A model generated the notes under the pieces. That model worked only from the letters and a program-made list of their open reading frames with translations, made no database searches and was not told where the DNA came from. 24,729 nucleotides of DNA, from positions 1 through 24,729 of the forward strand of contig JBBNGO010000039.1 of the NCBI GenBank assembly GCA_040095065.1. The letters are read 5' to 3'. A program made the translations under genes and the position numbers. Within the stretch, counting starts at the first letter, position 1. Each line of letters begins with the position of its first letter. This document shows positions 1 through 8,076 of the stretch, piece after piece. This DNA is from Hominicoprocola fusiformis (GTDB taxonomy: Bacteria > Bacillota > Clostridia > Oscillospirales > Oscillospiraceae).

Positions 1-50
1 TTCTCTCACGTGAGAGAATGGCCCCCTTTAAATCCCCCAAGAGAACGCAC
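1..50. repeat. Copy A (reverse orientation, probably cut by the window edge) of a ~45-60 nt hairpin-bearing element. It contains the perfect 18-nt palindrome TTCTCTCACGTGAGAGAA followed by GGCCCCCTTTAAATCCCCCAAGAGAA.
   Basis: The reverse complement of 1-45 (TTCTCTTGGGGGATTTAAAGGGGGCCATTCTCTCACGTGAGAGAA) aligns with 438-490 on the + strand (TTCTCTGGGAGGGTTTAAGGGAGGGGTATCTCTTTTTGAAAAGAGATA). I noticed it because two spurious ORFs (6..242 minus, 305..655 plus) both translate SLGGFKGG. Confidence 0.4.
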
Positions 51-437
51 GGGGCCTTGCCCCTTGACCCCGCACATTGGCAGCTTTGGGCTTGAATGAC
101 TGCATGCGCTGCGCAATGTAAGTGCGGTGTACATGGCTTCGCCATGAATCCCTGCGTTTCGTTGCATGTTGCAACCGCGCCTTACTACCGTGAGGCGCGA
201 GTGACGATTGCTTGGCGGCAGACTGCGTGCCGAATGCGGCATTGCTGCGCTCGCCGCATTGAGTAGTACCCCGTTAGACGGAAATTAGGCTGTACTTCTA
301 CAAGATGGGCAGAGCGGTAGCGGATAGTAGGAGTAAGCCAAATCGTATAGCAAAATCAGACGCGGCAACGCCGCGCACTTGGCAGTGCAATCGGCAAGCA
401 TTGCAGCTCTTCGAGCTGCTCGCTTGCAATGTAAAAT

Positions 438-500
438 TTTCTCTGGGAGGGTTTAAGGGAGGGGTATCTCTTTTTGAAAAGAGATACCCCTCCCTTTTTT
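438..500 (+). repeat. Copy B of the same element. Its hairpin forms the terminator listed next.
   Basis: Same alignment as above. It contains the direct repeat GGGAGGG-TTTAA-GGGAGGGG ahead of the hairpin. Confidence 0.4.
457..500 (+). terminator. Rho-independent terminator
   Basis: An ~18-bp perfect stem, GGGAGGGGTATCTCTTTT (457-474) paired with AAAAGAGATACCCCTCCC (477-494), with a tight loop, followed by TTTTTT (495-500). Confidence 0.8.
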
Positions 501-503
501 ACT

Positions 504-528
504 GCCGCGCGGTGCGCGGCATTTTTTT
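504..528 (+). terminator. Second tandem rho-independent terminator
   Basis: Stem GCCGCGC (504-510), loop GGT, stem GCGCGGC (514-520), then A and TTTTTTT (522-528). Confidence 0.6.
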
Positions 529-548
529 GCGCGCAAAATTTTGCGCGC
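529..548. promoter_or_regulatory. Perfect 20-bp palindrome GCGCGCAAAATTTTGCGCGC. Candidate operator for a dimeric regulator, or an RNA hairpin, about 75 nt upstream of the first structural gene.
   Basis: The sequence equals its own reverse complement. It lies between the tandem terminators and the terS-like start codon. Confidence 0.35.
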
Positions 549-621
549 GTGCATACGACTGTGCAACAAAACGGGTGCGGCGGGGTTCGGGTGAAAAGAG
601 AAAACAAAATGGGGGGACACG

Positions 622-936
622 ATGGAGAAAAAGGAGCTGGGGCGCGAGGATGTGATCGAGGCGCTCAAGAAGATCGCGTTCGGACGGGTGAACCGGGGCG
701 TGGAGCTGACATATCTGAGCGAGCCGACGGCGGAGCTCATCCGAAAAATGGACTTGTCGGCGGTGGCGGAATTCAAGAGAAACGCCAACGGGACGGTGGA
801 GGTCAAGTTCGTCGACCGGGTGAAGGCGCTGAGCGCGCTTTACGAGATGCTGGGGGCGGGGGACGCGAACGAGGCGGCGGAGTTCTTGGAGGCGCTGGAG
901 CAGGCGGGAGAGGAGAGAGATGATTGGCGGCCGTGA
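622..936 (+). CDS. Small terminase-like protein (Terminase_2/P27-type C-terminal region only, 104 aa)
   Basis: Segment VIEALKKIAFGRV...VEVKFVDRVKALSALYEMLG resembles the post-HTH oligomerisation part of P27-type TerS (..ELAKIAF....KL.DKLKALELLGKHLG). An in-frame TGA at 592-594 with no alternative start before 622 rules out a longer N-terminus. RBS GGGGGGA at 611-617. Positioned directly before TerL. Confidence 0.65.
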   Translation: MEKKELGREDVIEALKKIAFGRVNRGVELTYLSEPTAELIRKMDLSAVAEFKRNANGTVEVKFVDRVKALSALYEMLGAGDANEAAEFLEALEQAGEERDDWRP

Positions 937-2186
937 AGCAGTTTTCCACCAAGCAGAAGACGGCGATGACCTGGTGGGCGAACCCCAAGTACAAAGAGTA
1001 CGACGCGATCATCTGCGACGGGGCGGTGCGAAGCGGGAAGACGCTGTCGATGGGGATGGGCTTTTTCCTGTGGGCGATGCGGCGCTTTAGCGGCGAGCAA
1101 TTTGCACTGTGCGGGAAGACGATCGTGTCGCTGCGGCGAAATGTGCTGCACGAGATCTTGCCGAAGGTGACGGCGCTGGGCTTTCACTGCGAGGAGAAGC
1201 GGAGCGAGAATTTAGTGATCGTGCGAAGCGGAGGGCGGGAGAACCGCTTTTACCTCTTCGGCGGATACGACGAGGGGAGCGCGGCGCTCATCCAGGGCGT
1301 GACGCTGGCGGGGGTGCTGTTCGACGAGGCGGCGCTGATGCCGCGGTCATTTGTGGAGCAGGCGAGCGCGCGATGCAGCATATCGGGCAGCAAGCTGTGG
1401 TTCAACTGCAACCCCGAGGGGCCAATGCACTGGTTCTACCGCGAGTGGATCCTGCGCGCGGAGGAGCGCGGGGCGCTGTATCTGCACTTTACGATGGACG
1501 ACAATCCGTCGCTCTCGCCGCGCATTCGGGCGCGGTACGAAAAGGCATACAGCGGGACATTTTACCGGCGGTTCATCCTGGGCGAGTGGACGGCGGCGAA
1601 GGGGCTCATCTATGACTTCTTTACGCCGCAGGAGTATTGCGCTCGTGTGCCGGAAAAGCCGTGGGAGCGGGCGAGGATCTCCATCGACTATGGGACGGTG
1701 AATCCGACGAGTTTTGGCCTGTGGGCGCTCAAGGACGGCGTGTGGTACCGGGCGAGGGAGTATTACTTCGATTCGCGCAGAGAGGGGCAGCAGAAGACAG
1801 ACGCGGAGTATGTGGCGGACCTTAAAAAGTTCGCAGCGGGGGAGACGGTGGAAAAGGTAATCGTCGACCCGTCGGCGGCGAGCTTTATCGAGGCGCTGCG
1901 GCGCGAGGGCTTCCCCGTGAGCAAGGCGGACAACGATGTGGCGGACGGCATCCGCGTGACGGCGAACCTATTGAAGCAGCGAAAGATCGTGATCTGCGAG
2001 GGCTGCGAGAGCTGCCTTGCCGAGATCGCGGCGTACTGCTGGGAGGATGGCGGAACGGGAAGAGACCGGCCGAAAAAGGAGAGAGATCACGCGATGGATG
2101 AGATGCGGTATTTTGCCGTGTCGATCGCGAAAAAGGAACGCGGAGGCGGCATTGCGATGCGCGCGGTGGAGCGCGCGGCGCGATGA
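924..2186 (+). CDS. Large terminase subunit (PBSX/XtmB-type)
   Basis: Walker A GAVRSGKT, Walker B VLFDEAA, and nuclease-domain acidic motifs ISIDYG, VIVDPSAASF and HAMDEMRY. The ORF track uses a TTG start at 924 (RBS GGAGAGGAGAG at 907-917); ATG at 966 is the alternative. Overlaps terS by 13 nt. Confidence 0.9.
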   Translation: MAAVKQFSTKQKTAMTWWANPKYKEYDAIICDGAVRSGKTLSMGMGFFLWAMRRFSGEQFALCGKTIVSLRRNVLHEILPKVTALGFHCEEKRSENLVIVRSGGRENRFYLFGGYDEGSAALIQGVTLAGVLFDEAALMPRSFVEQASARCSISGSKLWFNCNPEGPMHWFYREWILRAEERGALYLHFTMDDNPSLSPRIRARYEKAYSGTFYRRFILGEWTAAKGLIYDFFTPQEYCARVPEKPWERARISIDYGTVNPTSFGLWALKDGVWYRAREYYFDSRREGQQKTDAEYVADLKKFAAGETVEKVIVDPSAASFIEALRREGFPVSKADNDVADGIRVTANLLKQRKIVICEGCESCLAEIAAYCWEDGGTGRDRPKKERDHAMDEMRYFAVSIAKKERGGGIAMRAVERAAR

Positions 2187-2211
2187 ACAAAACGGAAAAG
2201 GAGAGAACAGG

Positions 2212-3378
2212 ATGAAAGTACCCTGGCAGAAGGAGAGAAGCACGGGCGGCGAGACCGCCGTGCAGCTGCGCGGCGGCGGACGCAGTACATTCGGACGGCT
2301 TGAGAGCTATGTGCCGCTGCTGGATGGGGAGACAGCGCTTTACCGCGAGGTGCGCGAGGCGGTGCCGGTGGTGGACGCGGCCATCTGCAAGCTGATCCGG
2401 CTGACGGGCGGCGTGCGCGTGGCATGCGGCAACGAGCGGGCGGAGCAGGGCTTGCAGCGCTTTTTGCGCGAGGTGCCGGTGGGCAGAGGGCAGAGGGGCA
2501 TCAACGCCTTTTTGGACTGTTACCTCGATTCGCTTTTGACCTGCGGGCGCGCGGTGGGCGAGATCGTACCGGACGCGGAGGGGCGCGAGATCGCGGCGGT
2601 GCTGTGCGCGGACGTTTCGCAGGTGGAGGTGCGCGAGGGGGACAATCCGCTCGAATTCTGCCTGTGCGGTGTGGATGGCGGCGGGCGCAGCGTGCCGCTC
2701 GAGTATCAGGACCTACTGCTCTTTACACCGCTCAACCCCGAAGCGGGGCACCCTTACGGCGTTTCGATGCTGCGCTCGATGCCGTACTTAACGGGGCTGC
2801 TGCTGAAAATTTACGACGCGATGGGAAAGAATTGGGATCGCTGCGGCAATGTGCGCTTCGCGGTGACGTATAGGCCGCAGGACGGCGAGCTCGACCGCGG
2901 GGCGGCACAGGAGCGCGCCGAGCAGATCGCCGAGGAATGGTCGCGGGCGATGCAGGAGGGCAGAAACGGCAGCGTGCGCGACTTTGTATCGGTGGGCGAT
3001 GTATCGATCAAGGCCATCGGCGCGGACAACCAGATCTTGGACAGCGAGACGCCGGTACGGCAGATCTTAGAGCAGCTGGTGGCGAAGACGGGGCTGCCGC
3101 CGTTTATGCTGGGGCTGAGCTGGTCGTCGACCGAGCGGATGAGCTCGCAGCAGGCGGATATGCTGACAAGCGAGATCACGGCGCTGCGGCGCACGCTCGA
3201 ACCGGTCATCGACCGCATCTGCACGCTGTGGCTTAGGATGCACGGCTACGGCTGCCGTGCGGTGGTGGACTGGGAGGACATCAACCTGCAGGATGAGGTG
3301 GAGGAGGCCAAAGCGGCACTCTACTTGCAGCAGGCGCGAAAGCTCAGGCAGGAAAATGATGAAGCGGAGGGGAAATGA
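2212..3378 (+). CDS. Portal protein (388 aa)
   Basis: Positioned after TerL, with the size of an HK97/XkdE-type portal. ATG at 2212 is preceded by AAAGGAGAG. The 2017 start in the ORF track overlaps terL and is rejected. Confidence 0.8.
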   Translation: MKVPWQKERSTGGETAVQLRGGGRSTFGRLESYVPLLDGETALYREVREAVPVVDAAICKLIRLTGGVRVACGNERAEQGLQRFLREVPVGRGQRGINAFLDCYLDSLLTCGRAVGEIVPDAEGREIAAVLCADVSQVEVREGDNPLEFCLCGVDGGGRSVPLEYQDLLLFTPLNPEAGHPYGVSMLRSMPYLTGLLLKIYDAMGKNWDRCGNVRFAVTYRPQDGELDRGAAQERAEQIAEEWSRAMQEGRNGSVRDFVSVGDVSIKAIGADNQILDSETPVRQILEQLVAKTGLPPFMLGLSWSSTERMSSQQADMLTSEITALRRTLEPVIDRICTLWLRMHGYGCRAVVDWEDINLQDEVEEAKAALYLQQARKLRQENDEAEGK

Positions 3379-4313
3379 GCATGGAAGTGAGAAAAGAGAG
3401 CAATGGGCTCAAAAACAGCATGGTGACGCGCGAGGAACTGGCAATCATCAATCAGTTCACGAAGCGCGCGCTCAAAGAGGACGAGGTCTACACCTTTGCC
3501 GTGCGGCTGTGCGACAACGAGGTGGACCGGGACGGCGAGCGCTTTCCGCGCGCGACGCTCGAAGAGCTCGCGGAGCTGTTTGTGGGCAAAAGCGGCATCT
3601 TTGACCACGAGTGGACGGCGAAGGGGCAGGCGGCGCGCATCTACCGCACGGAGATCGTGGAGGAAGAGGGCGTTTGCTCGCAGGGCGAGGGGCGCTGCTA
3701 TCTCAAGGGCTATGCGTATATGCTGCGCGGCGGCGAGAATGATGCGCTGATCGCGCAGATCGAGGGCGGTATCAAAAAGGAAGTGAGCGTGGGGTGCAGC
3801 GTGGAAAGGTGCGTGTGCTCCATCTGTGGTGAGGACATCAACACCTGCGCGCACAAAAAGGGCGAAGTGTACGGCGGCAAGGTGTGCTGCGCGGAGCTTG
3901 TGAACGCGCAGGACGCGTATGAGTGGAGCTTTGTAGCGGTGCCGGCGCAGCCGAGAGCGGGCGTTTTAAAGCGCTGCGGCGGAGAGGACGCGGGCACGCT
4001 CAAGACGTTCGTCAAGCGGCGCGGGTCGAGAGCGAACCAGAGGGAGCTTGAAAGCCTTGAAAAGCAGGCGGAGGTCGGTAAGCGCTACTTGAGTGAGCTG
4101 CGCGGCGAGGTGAAGCGGCTGATGCTCGTGTGCGAGCAGGAGGCGGATGGCGAGGCCATTGAAAAGCTCGCGGAAAAGCTCGACGAGAGCGAGCTCAAGG
4201 AGATGGAGAAGCTGTATCGCGGGAAGATGGCGAAAAAGCTGGGGCTGCGCACGCAGCTCACTTACGGCGAGAAGACGAAAGCGGCGGAGGACGAGAGCGA
4301 CTTTCGCGTGTGA
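3375..4313 (+). CDS. Prohead serine protease (S78-like) fused to a C-terminal coiled-coil scaffold-like domain
   Basis: GIFDHEW and IEGGIKKEVSVGCS resemble the His and Ser motifs of HK97-family prohead proteases. There is a Cys cluster, CSVERCVCSICGEDINTCAH..GKVCC. The K/E/L-rich C-terminal half is typical of scaffolds. ATGA overlap with the portal stop. Confidence 0.7.
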   Translation: MSMEVRKESNGLKNSMVTREELAIINQFTKRALKEDEVYTFAVRLCDNEVDRDGERFPRATLEELAELFVGKSGIFDHEWTAKGQAARIYRTEIVEEEGVCSQGEGRCYLKGYAYMLRGGENDALIAQIEGGIKKEVSVGCSVERCVCSICGEDINTCAHKKGEVYGGKVCCAELVNAQDAYEWSFVAVPAQPRAGVLKRCGGEDAGTLKTFVKRRGSRANQRELESLEKQAEVGKRYLSELRGEVKRLMLVCEQEADGEAIEKLAEKLDESELKEMEKLYRGKMAKKLGLRTQLTYGEKTKAAEDESDFRV

Positions 4314-4371
4314 AAAGGAACAAAAAGCAGCGGCGCTTTTTGGATAGAACAACAGATCAAGGAGGAACGGT

Positions 4372-4725
4372 ATGAGCATTTCTTATGAGGGCATCGGCGA
4401 GTGGTGTGCAACGTTTGTTTGCGGCGCGGTCAGCGAGGGCGACATTGTGAAGGTGAGCGCGAACGGCACGGTGGGCAAGTGCACGGCGGGCGACGGCTTC
4501 TGCGGCGTGGTGCGCGCCGTCGCGCATGACGGCAAGGCCTGCACGGTGCAGCTCGGCGGCCTTGCGAGCGTGAAGTACAGCGGCACGGCGCCTGCGGTAG
4601 GCTTTAGCGAGCTGGTGGCGGACGGCTCGGGCGGCGTGAGCAAGCCGGGCGAGAACCAGAACGGCAGCAGCTATCTTGTGCTGAGCGTGGACAGCGCGGC
4701 GAACAAGGCTGTCATCAAGCTTTAA
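4372..4725 (+). CDS. Small Gly/Val-rich beta protein. Possible DUF2190-like head decoration or cement protein.
   Basis: 117 aa with RBS AAGGAGGA, located between the scaffold and the major capsid gene. The pattern of G..V..G repeats recalls DUF2190. Confidence 0.45.
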   Translation: MSISYEGIGEWCATFVCGAVSEGDIVKVSANGTVGKCTAGDGFCGVVRAVAHDGKACTVQLGGLASVKYSGTAPAVGFSELVADGSGGVSKPGENQNGSSYLVLSVDSAANKAVIKL

Positions 4726-4740
4726 GGAGGAGAAGGACAA

Positions 4741-5772
4741 ATGGCTTATCAGTATGAAAATGTGAAGCTCGAAAAGGGCATGTACGGTCAAAGCGGCAAG
4801 AGCTTTCTGAAGGTGCTCGAATCGCTCGACCCGAGCGAGAACTACAAGGGCACGGCGCTCGAGGGACTCGACGCCTTCCAGCGCCAGCTCAAGCGCTTTG
4901 ATATCCACGTTAAGGGCGCGGGCAGCGACATGGTGGAAAAGTTTTTCCACACGAGCGAATCGTCCGTGCTGTTCCCGGAGTTCGTCTCCCGCGTGGTGCG
5001 CCAGGGCATGGAAAGCGACATCCTGCCCGACATCACTGCGACCGTGACGAATTTTGACGGCATGGACTACCGCTCTATCGCGTCCGTTCCGACGGACGAC
5101 GACAAGGAGCTCAAGCGCGTGGAGGAGGGCGCGGGCATCCCGACGACCAGCATCCGCACGCAGGAAAACCTTGTGAAGCTCCACAAGCGCGGCAGAATGC
5201 TGGTCGCGTCCTATGAGGCGATCCGCTTCCAGCGACTGGACCTCTTCTCTGTGACGCTGCGCCAGATCGGCGCGTACATCGCGCGCATGCACTTAAAGGA
5301 CGCCATCGACGTTTTGATGAACGGCGACGGCAACAACAATGCGGCAACAAGCTATACCATCGGCGATGACGGCATCGGCGGCACGAAGGGCACGCTGAGC
5401 TATGACGCGCTGCTGGGCTTCTGGTCGCAGTTTGACCCCTATACGATGAACACGATGCTGATGGGCAGCGACATGATGCTCGCGATGCTCAAGCTCTCGG
5501 AGTTCCAGAACCCGCTGACGGGCCTCAACTTCCAGGGCACGGGTACGCTCGCCACCCCGCTGGGTGCGAAGCTCCTGCGCACGAGCGCAATGCCCGCGGG
5601 CAAGATCATCGGCCTTGATAAGAACTATGCGCTCGAGCGCATCTGTGGCAGCGAGGTGCTGGTCGAGTACGACAAGCTCATCGACCGCCAGCTGGAGCGC
5701 GCGGCCATCACGAGCATTTCCGGCTTTGCAAAGCCGTATCAGGAGGCCTCGAAGGTGCTGTCCTTACAGTAA
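4741..5772 (+). CDS. Major capsid protein (HK97-fold, XkdG-like)
   Basis: 343 aa with a strong RBS (AAGGAGGAGAAGG) in the canonical position after protease and scaffold. Confidence 0.8.
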   Translation: MAYQYENVKLEKGMYGQSGKSFLKVLESLDPSENYKGTALEGLDAFQRQLKRFDIHVKGAGSDMVEKFFHTSESSVLFPEFVSRVVRQGMESDILPDITATVTNFDGMDYRSIASVPTDDDKELKRVEEGAGIPTTSIRTQENLVKLHKRGRMLVASYEAIRFQRLDLFSVTLRQIGAYIARMHLKDAIDVLMNGDGNNNAATSYTIGDDGIGGTKGTLSYDALLGFWSQFDPYTMNTMLMGSDMMLAMLKLSEFQNPLTGLNFQGTGTLATPLGAKLLRTSAMPAGKIIGLDKNYALERICGSEVLVEYDKLIDRQLERAAITSISGFAKPYQEASKVLSLQ

Positions 5773-5792
5773 AAAGTAAGGAGGAAGAGCGA

Positions 5793-6173
5793 ATGGCGGA
5801 GAGCATGAGCGAGCAGATCTTTTCGATCGCGTGTGCGCTGAGCAAGGCGGACGAGAGCGAGAAGAGCATGCTCCGAATGATCTGCACGGCGCAGGAGGAG
5901 AGCCTTGTGCGCGCGCTGAAAGAGGGCGTCGCCAAGGAGGACTGCGAGAGCGCGTTTATCTGCGCGGCGTCGTGGTTGGCGGCGGCCGCGCTGGAGAGCG
6001 CGAGAGCGGGCGGGGAGGAGTTCTCCTCCCTGCGCGCGGGAGATCTCACGGTGACGAAACGTTCGTCCGATGAGGGGAGCAAAAGGCTGTCGCTGCTGCG
6101 TGAGCAGGCGTGGGCGCTGATGCGTCCGTATACGACGGACGGCGGGTTCTGCTTCCGCGGGGTGGAAGCATGA
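5793..6173 (+). CDS. Head-tail connector or adaptor protein (XkdH position)
   Basis: 126 aa with RBS AAGGAGGAAG, first of three small coupled ORFs between capsid and sheath. Confidence 0.55.
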   Translation: MAESMSEQIFSIACALSKADESEKSMLRMICTAQEESLVRALKEGVAKEDCESAFICAASWLAAAALESARAGGEEFSSLRAGDLTVTKRSSDEGSKRLSLLREQAWALMRPYTTDGGFCFRGVEA

Positions 6174-6493
6174 ATCGGGCACTGAGTGAGGCGTTCGCGC
6201 GCTATGGCATGAGCGTTTTGGTGCTGCACGGCGGAGAGACGGCGGAGACGAAGGCGTTTTTGCAGCTTGTGAAGAAGGAGAACGGCGAGGAGCCGTTCTC
6301 TGTGACGGCGCTGGGAGCGGTCGACGAGCAGTGTTGGCGGTATCTGGGCCCGGCGGACGTTGCGGTCGCAATGGGCGACTTTGTGCAGTGCGGAGAGAAG
6401 CGGTATGTCGTGCGCGCGGCGGGGCCGTTTTACGTGGGCGAGGAGATCGCCTACTACTGGGCGATGCTGCATCCGAAGGAGGAAGAGGCATGA
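6170..6493 (+). CDS. Head closure or connector protein (XkdI position)
   Basis: ATGA overlap with the previous gene at 6170-6173. The 6110 start in the ORF track is rejected. Confidence 0.55.
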   Translation: MNRALSEAFARYGMSVLVLHGGETAETKAFLQLVKKENGEEPFSVTALGAVDEQCWRYLGPADVAVAMGDFVQCGEKRYVVRAAGPFYVGEEIAYYWAMLHPKEEEA

Positions 6494-6999
6494 CGGCGGT
6501 CGGACAGGTGAAGCGCGCGGTGGCCGCGGCGATCGAGGCGGCGGGCTGCGCGGCGATCGAGAGTTACAGCGAAGAACAGCTCAAGCGGTATGCGACCGCG
6601 GTGGCGGCGGTCGGCACGAAGGAGACGGTGATCGAGGAGAGCGGCGCGATCGAATATCTGGGAGAAAAGGTCGACGAGGCGACGCAGGAGACGGTATCTG
6701 TCTACGGGAGAAAAATGCTGCTGACGCTGCTGACCGAGGTGTATGCGCCGAGGACGATGGGTGCGGCGGGCTGCGAGGAAGCGGCGGAGACGATCACACA
6801 GGCGATGATGACGGCGCTGCCGGAGGGGCTGAAGCTCAGAACATTGCAGTGGGGCAAGACCGGCTGGGACAAGACGACGGGCATGTTCCGGCTGGACGCG
6901 AGCGCGAAATATGCGGCGTACTTTGTCGCGGAGGCGGCGGAGGATGGGACGGTGTTTACCGATTTTGTATTGAAAGGCACGGTGAAAGAACGTGAATAG
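6490..6999 (+). CDS. Tail completion or terminator-type connector protein (XkdJ position)
   Basis: ATGA overlap at 6490-6493. 169 aa, directly before the sheath gene. Confidence 0.5.
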   Translation: MTAVGQVKRAVAAAIEAAGCAAIESYSEEQLKRYATAVAAVGTKETVIEESGAIEYLGEKVDEATQETVSVYGRKMLLTLLTEVYAPRTMGAAGCEEAAETITQAMMTALPEGLKLRTLQWGKTGWDKTTGMFRLDASAKYAAYFVAEAAEDGTVFTDFVLKGTVKERE

Positions 7000-8065
7000 T
7001 ACGATCCATGAGCGGCCGGGCGTGTATTCGTCCTACGACGCATCGAGCGTGGTGAGCGCGAGCGCTGCGGCGAAGACGATCGGCGCGGCAGCGGTGGCGA
7101 CGAAGGGGACGGCCAATAAGGTGGAGCTCATCACCTCGTATGAAGAGGGAAAGAGTGTATTCGGGGAGGATGCGAGCGGCGTGTATGGCATGAGCACGCT
7201 GCTCAAATTCCTCTTCGCCAACGGCGCGGGTGCAGTGAAGGCTGTGGCCGTGGGCAAGGACGAGAGTGAAGAGAAGGACTACGCGAGCGCGTTTGCGGCG
7301 CTCTCTGATGAGGAAGATGTCGGCGTGATGGTGTGCGACAGCGCGGCGCAGAGCGTGCATCTGCTCCTCAAAACGGCGGCAGAGGATGCCTCGGCGGCGA
7401 GACGCGAGCGCATCGCGGTCATCGGTGGTTCGGAAGAGACGGTCGCGCAGATGGTGAACCGCGCGAAGGCTGTCAACAGCGAGCGCGTAGTGCTGGTGGG
7501 ACCGGATATCGCATCGGACGACGGCGGTACGATGAGCGCGGTGTTTGCCGCGGCGGCGGTGGCGGCGGTGATCGCGGGAAACACCGACCCGTCCGTGCCT
7601 ATCAACGGCGCGGAGCTGACGCTTTTCGGCGCGGCGGGCAAGAGACTGAGTGACAATGAGATCGACCAGCTGGTGCGCGGCGGCGTGACGCCGATCGAGA
7701 CGGTGGGCGGCGTTTCCTCGCCGGTGCGAGGTATCACGACAAGGACTTCGAGCGGCGGGGCGGCGGACACGACGTGGCGCGAGCTGACGACCATTTTGAT
7801 CGTGGATGAGGTCATCCCGACGATCCGCAGCGCGCTGCGTACGCGCTTTGCCAGAAGCAAGAACACCGCGCAGAGCCGCGGGGCCATCCGCTCGCAGGTG
7901 GTGCTGGAGCTCGAGGGGATGAAGAGCCGCGAGATCGTGGACAGCTACGGCGAGGTGCTGGTGAGTGCGCTCAAGAGCGACCCGACGGTGTGCCTGGTGG
8001 AATTCAGCTTTACGGTGGCGCACGGGCTGAACCGCATCTATCTGACGGCGCACATCACGGTGTAA
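6992..8065 (+). CDS. Contractile tail sheath protein (XkdK-like, compact at 357 aa)
   Basis: The N-terminal HERPGVY motif is typical of sheath proteins, and the gene is followed by a tube gene. GTG start overlaps the upstream gene by 8 nt. Confidence 0.8.
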   Translation: MNSTIHERPGVYSSYDASSVVSASAAAKTIGAAAVATKGTANKVELITSYEEGKSVFGEDASGVYGMSTLLKFLFANGAGAVKAVAVGKDESEEKDYASAFAALSDEEDVGVMVCDSAAQSVHLLLKTAAEDASAARRERIAVIGGSEETVAQMVNRAKAVNSERVVLVGPDIASDDGGTMSAVFAAAAVAAVIAGNTDPSVPINGAELTLFGAAGKRLSDNEIDQLVRGGVTPIETVGGVSSPVRGITTRTSSGGAADTTWRELTTILIVDEVIPTIRSALRTRFARSKNTAQSRGAIRSQVVLELEGMKSREIVDSYGEVLVSALKSDPTVCLVEFSFTVAHGLNRIYLTAHITV

Positions 8066-8076
8066 GGAGGAAAAAT

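Noticed and set aside
548-621. Looked for a sigma-A-type promoter directly upstream of terS.
   Set aside because: No convincing -35/-10 pair was found. TTGCGC at 526-531 has no acceptable -10 at 17±1 nt. Late operons often need a dedicated sigma factor, activator or antiterminator, so no promoter is reported.
6-923. ORFs 6..242(-), 305..655(+), 356..607(-), 453..806(-) and 474..923(+) in the leader region.
   Set aside because: They have no RBS, a junk-like composition, cross terminator hairpins and overlap one another. The shared SLGGFKGG peptide simply reflects the inverted DNA repeat. The region is treated as non-coding.
2017-2211. Upstream extensions proposed by the ORF track for the portal (2017), connectors (6110, 6331), tube (7990), XkdQ-like (10131) and XkdS-like (11336) genes.
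   Set aside because: They overlap the preceding genes by 60-240 nt and translate to Arg/Gly-rich junk. Internal ATGs with good RBSs or ATGA/TGATG coupling (2212, 6170, 6490, 8077, 10242, 11570) are far more plausible.
4320-4342. AAAAAGC-AGCGGC-GCTTTTT hairpin between the scaffold gene and the decoration-like gene, considered as an internal attenuator.
   Set aside because: The stem is only 7 bp and mostly A-U, which is too weak to call. It could be fortuitous.
6360-6995. 211-aa plus-strand ORF overlapping the connector genes in another frame. Similar cases are 1109..1615, 2424..2873, 7333..7653 and 22106..22681.
   Set aside because: They are out-of-frame overlaps of confidently called genes with Arg/Gly-rich translations, which are typical high-GC artefacts.
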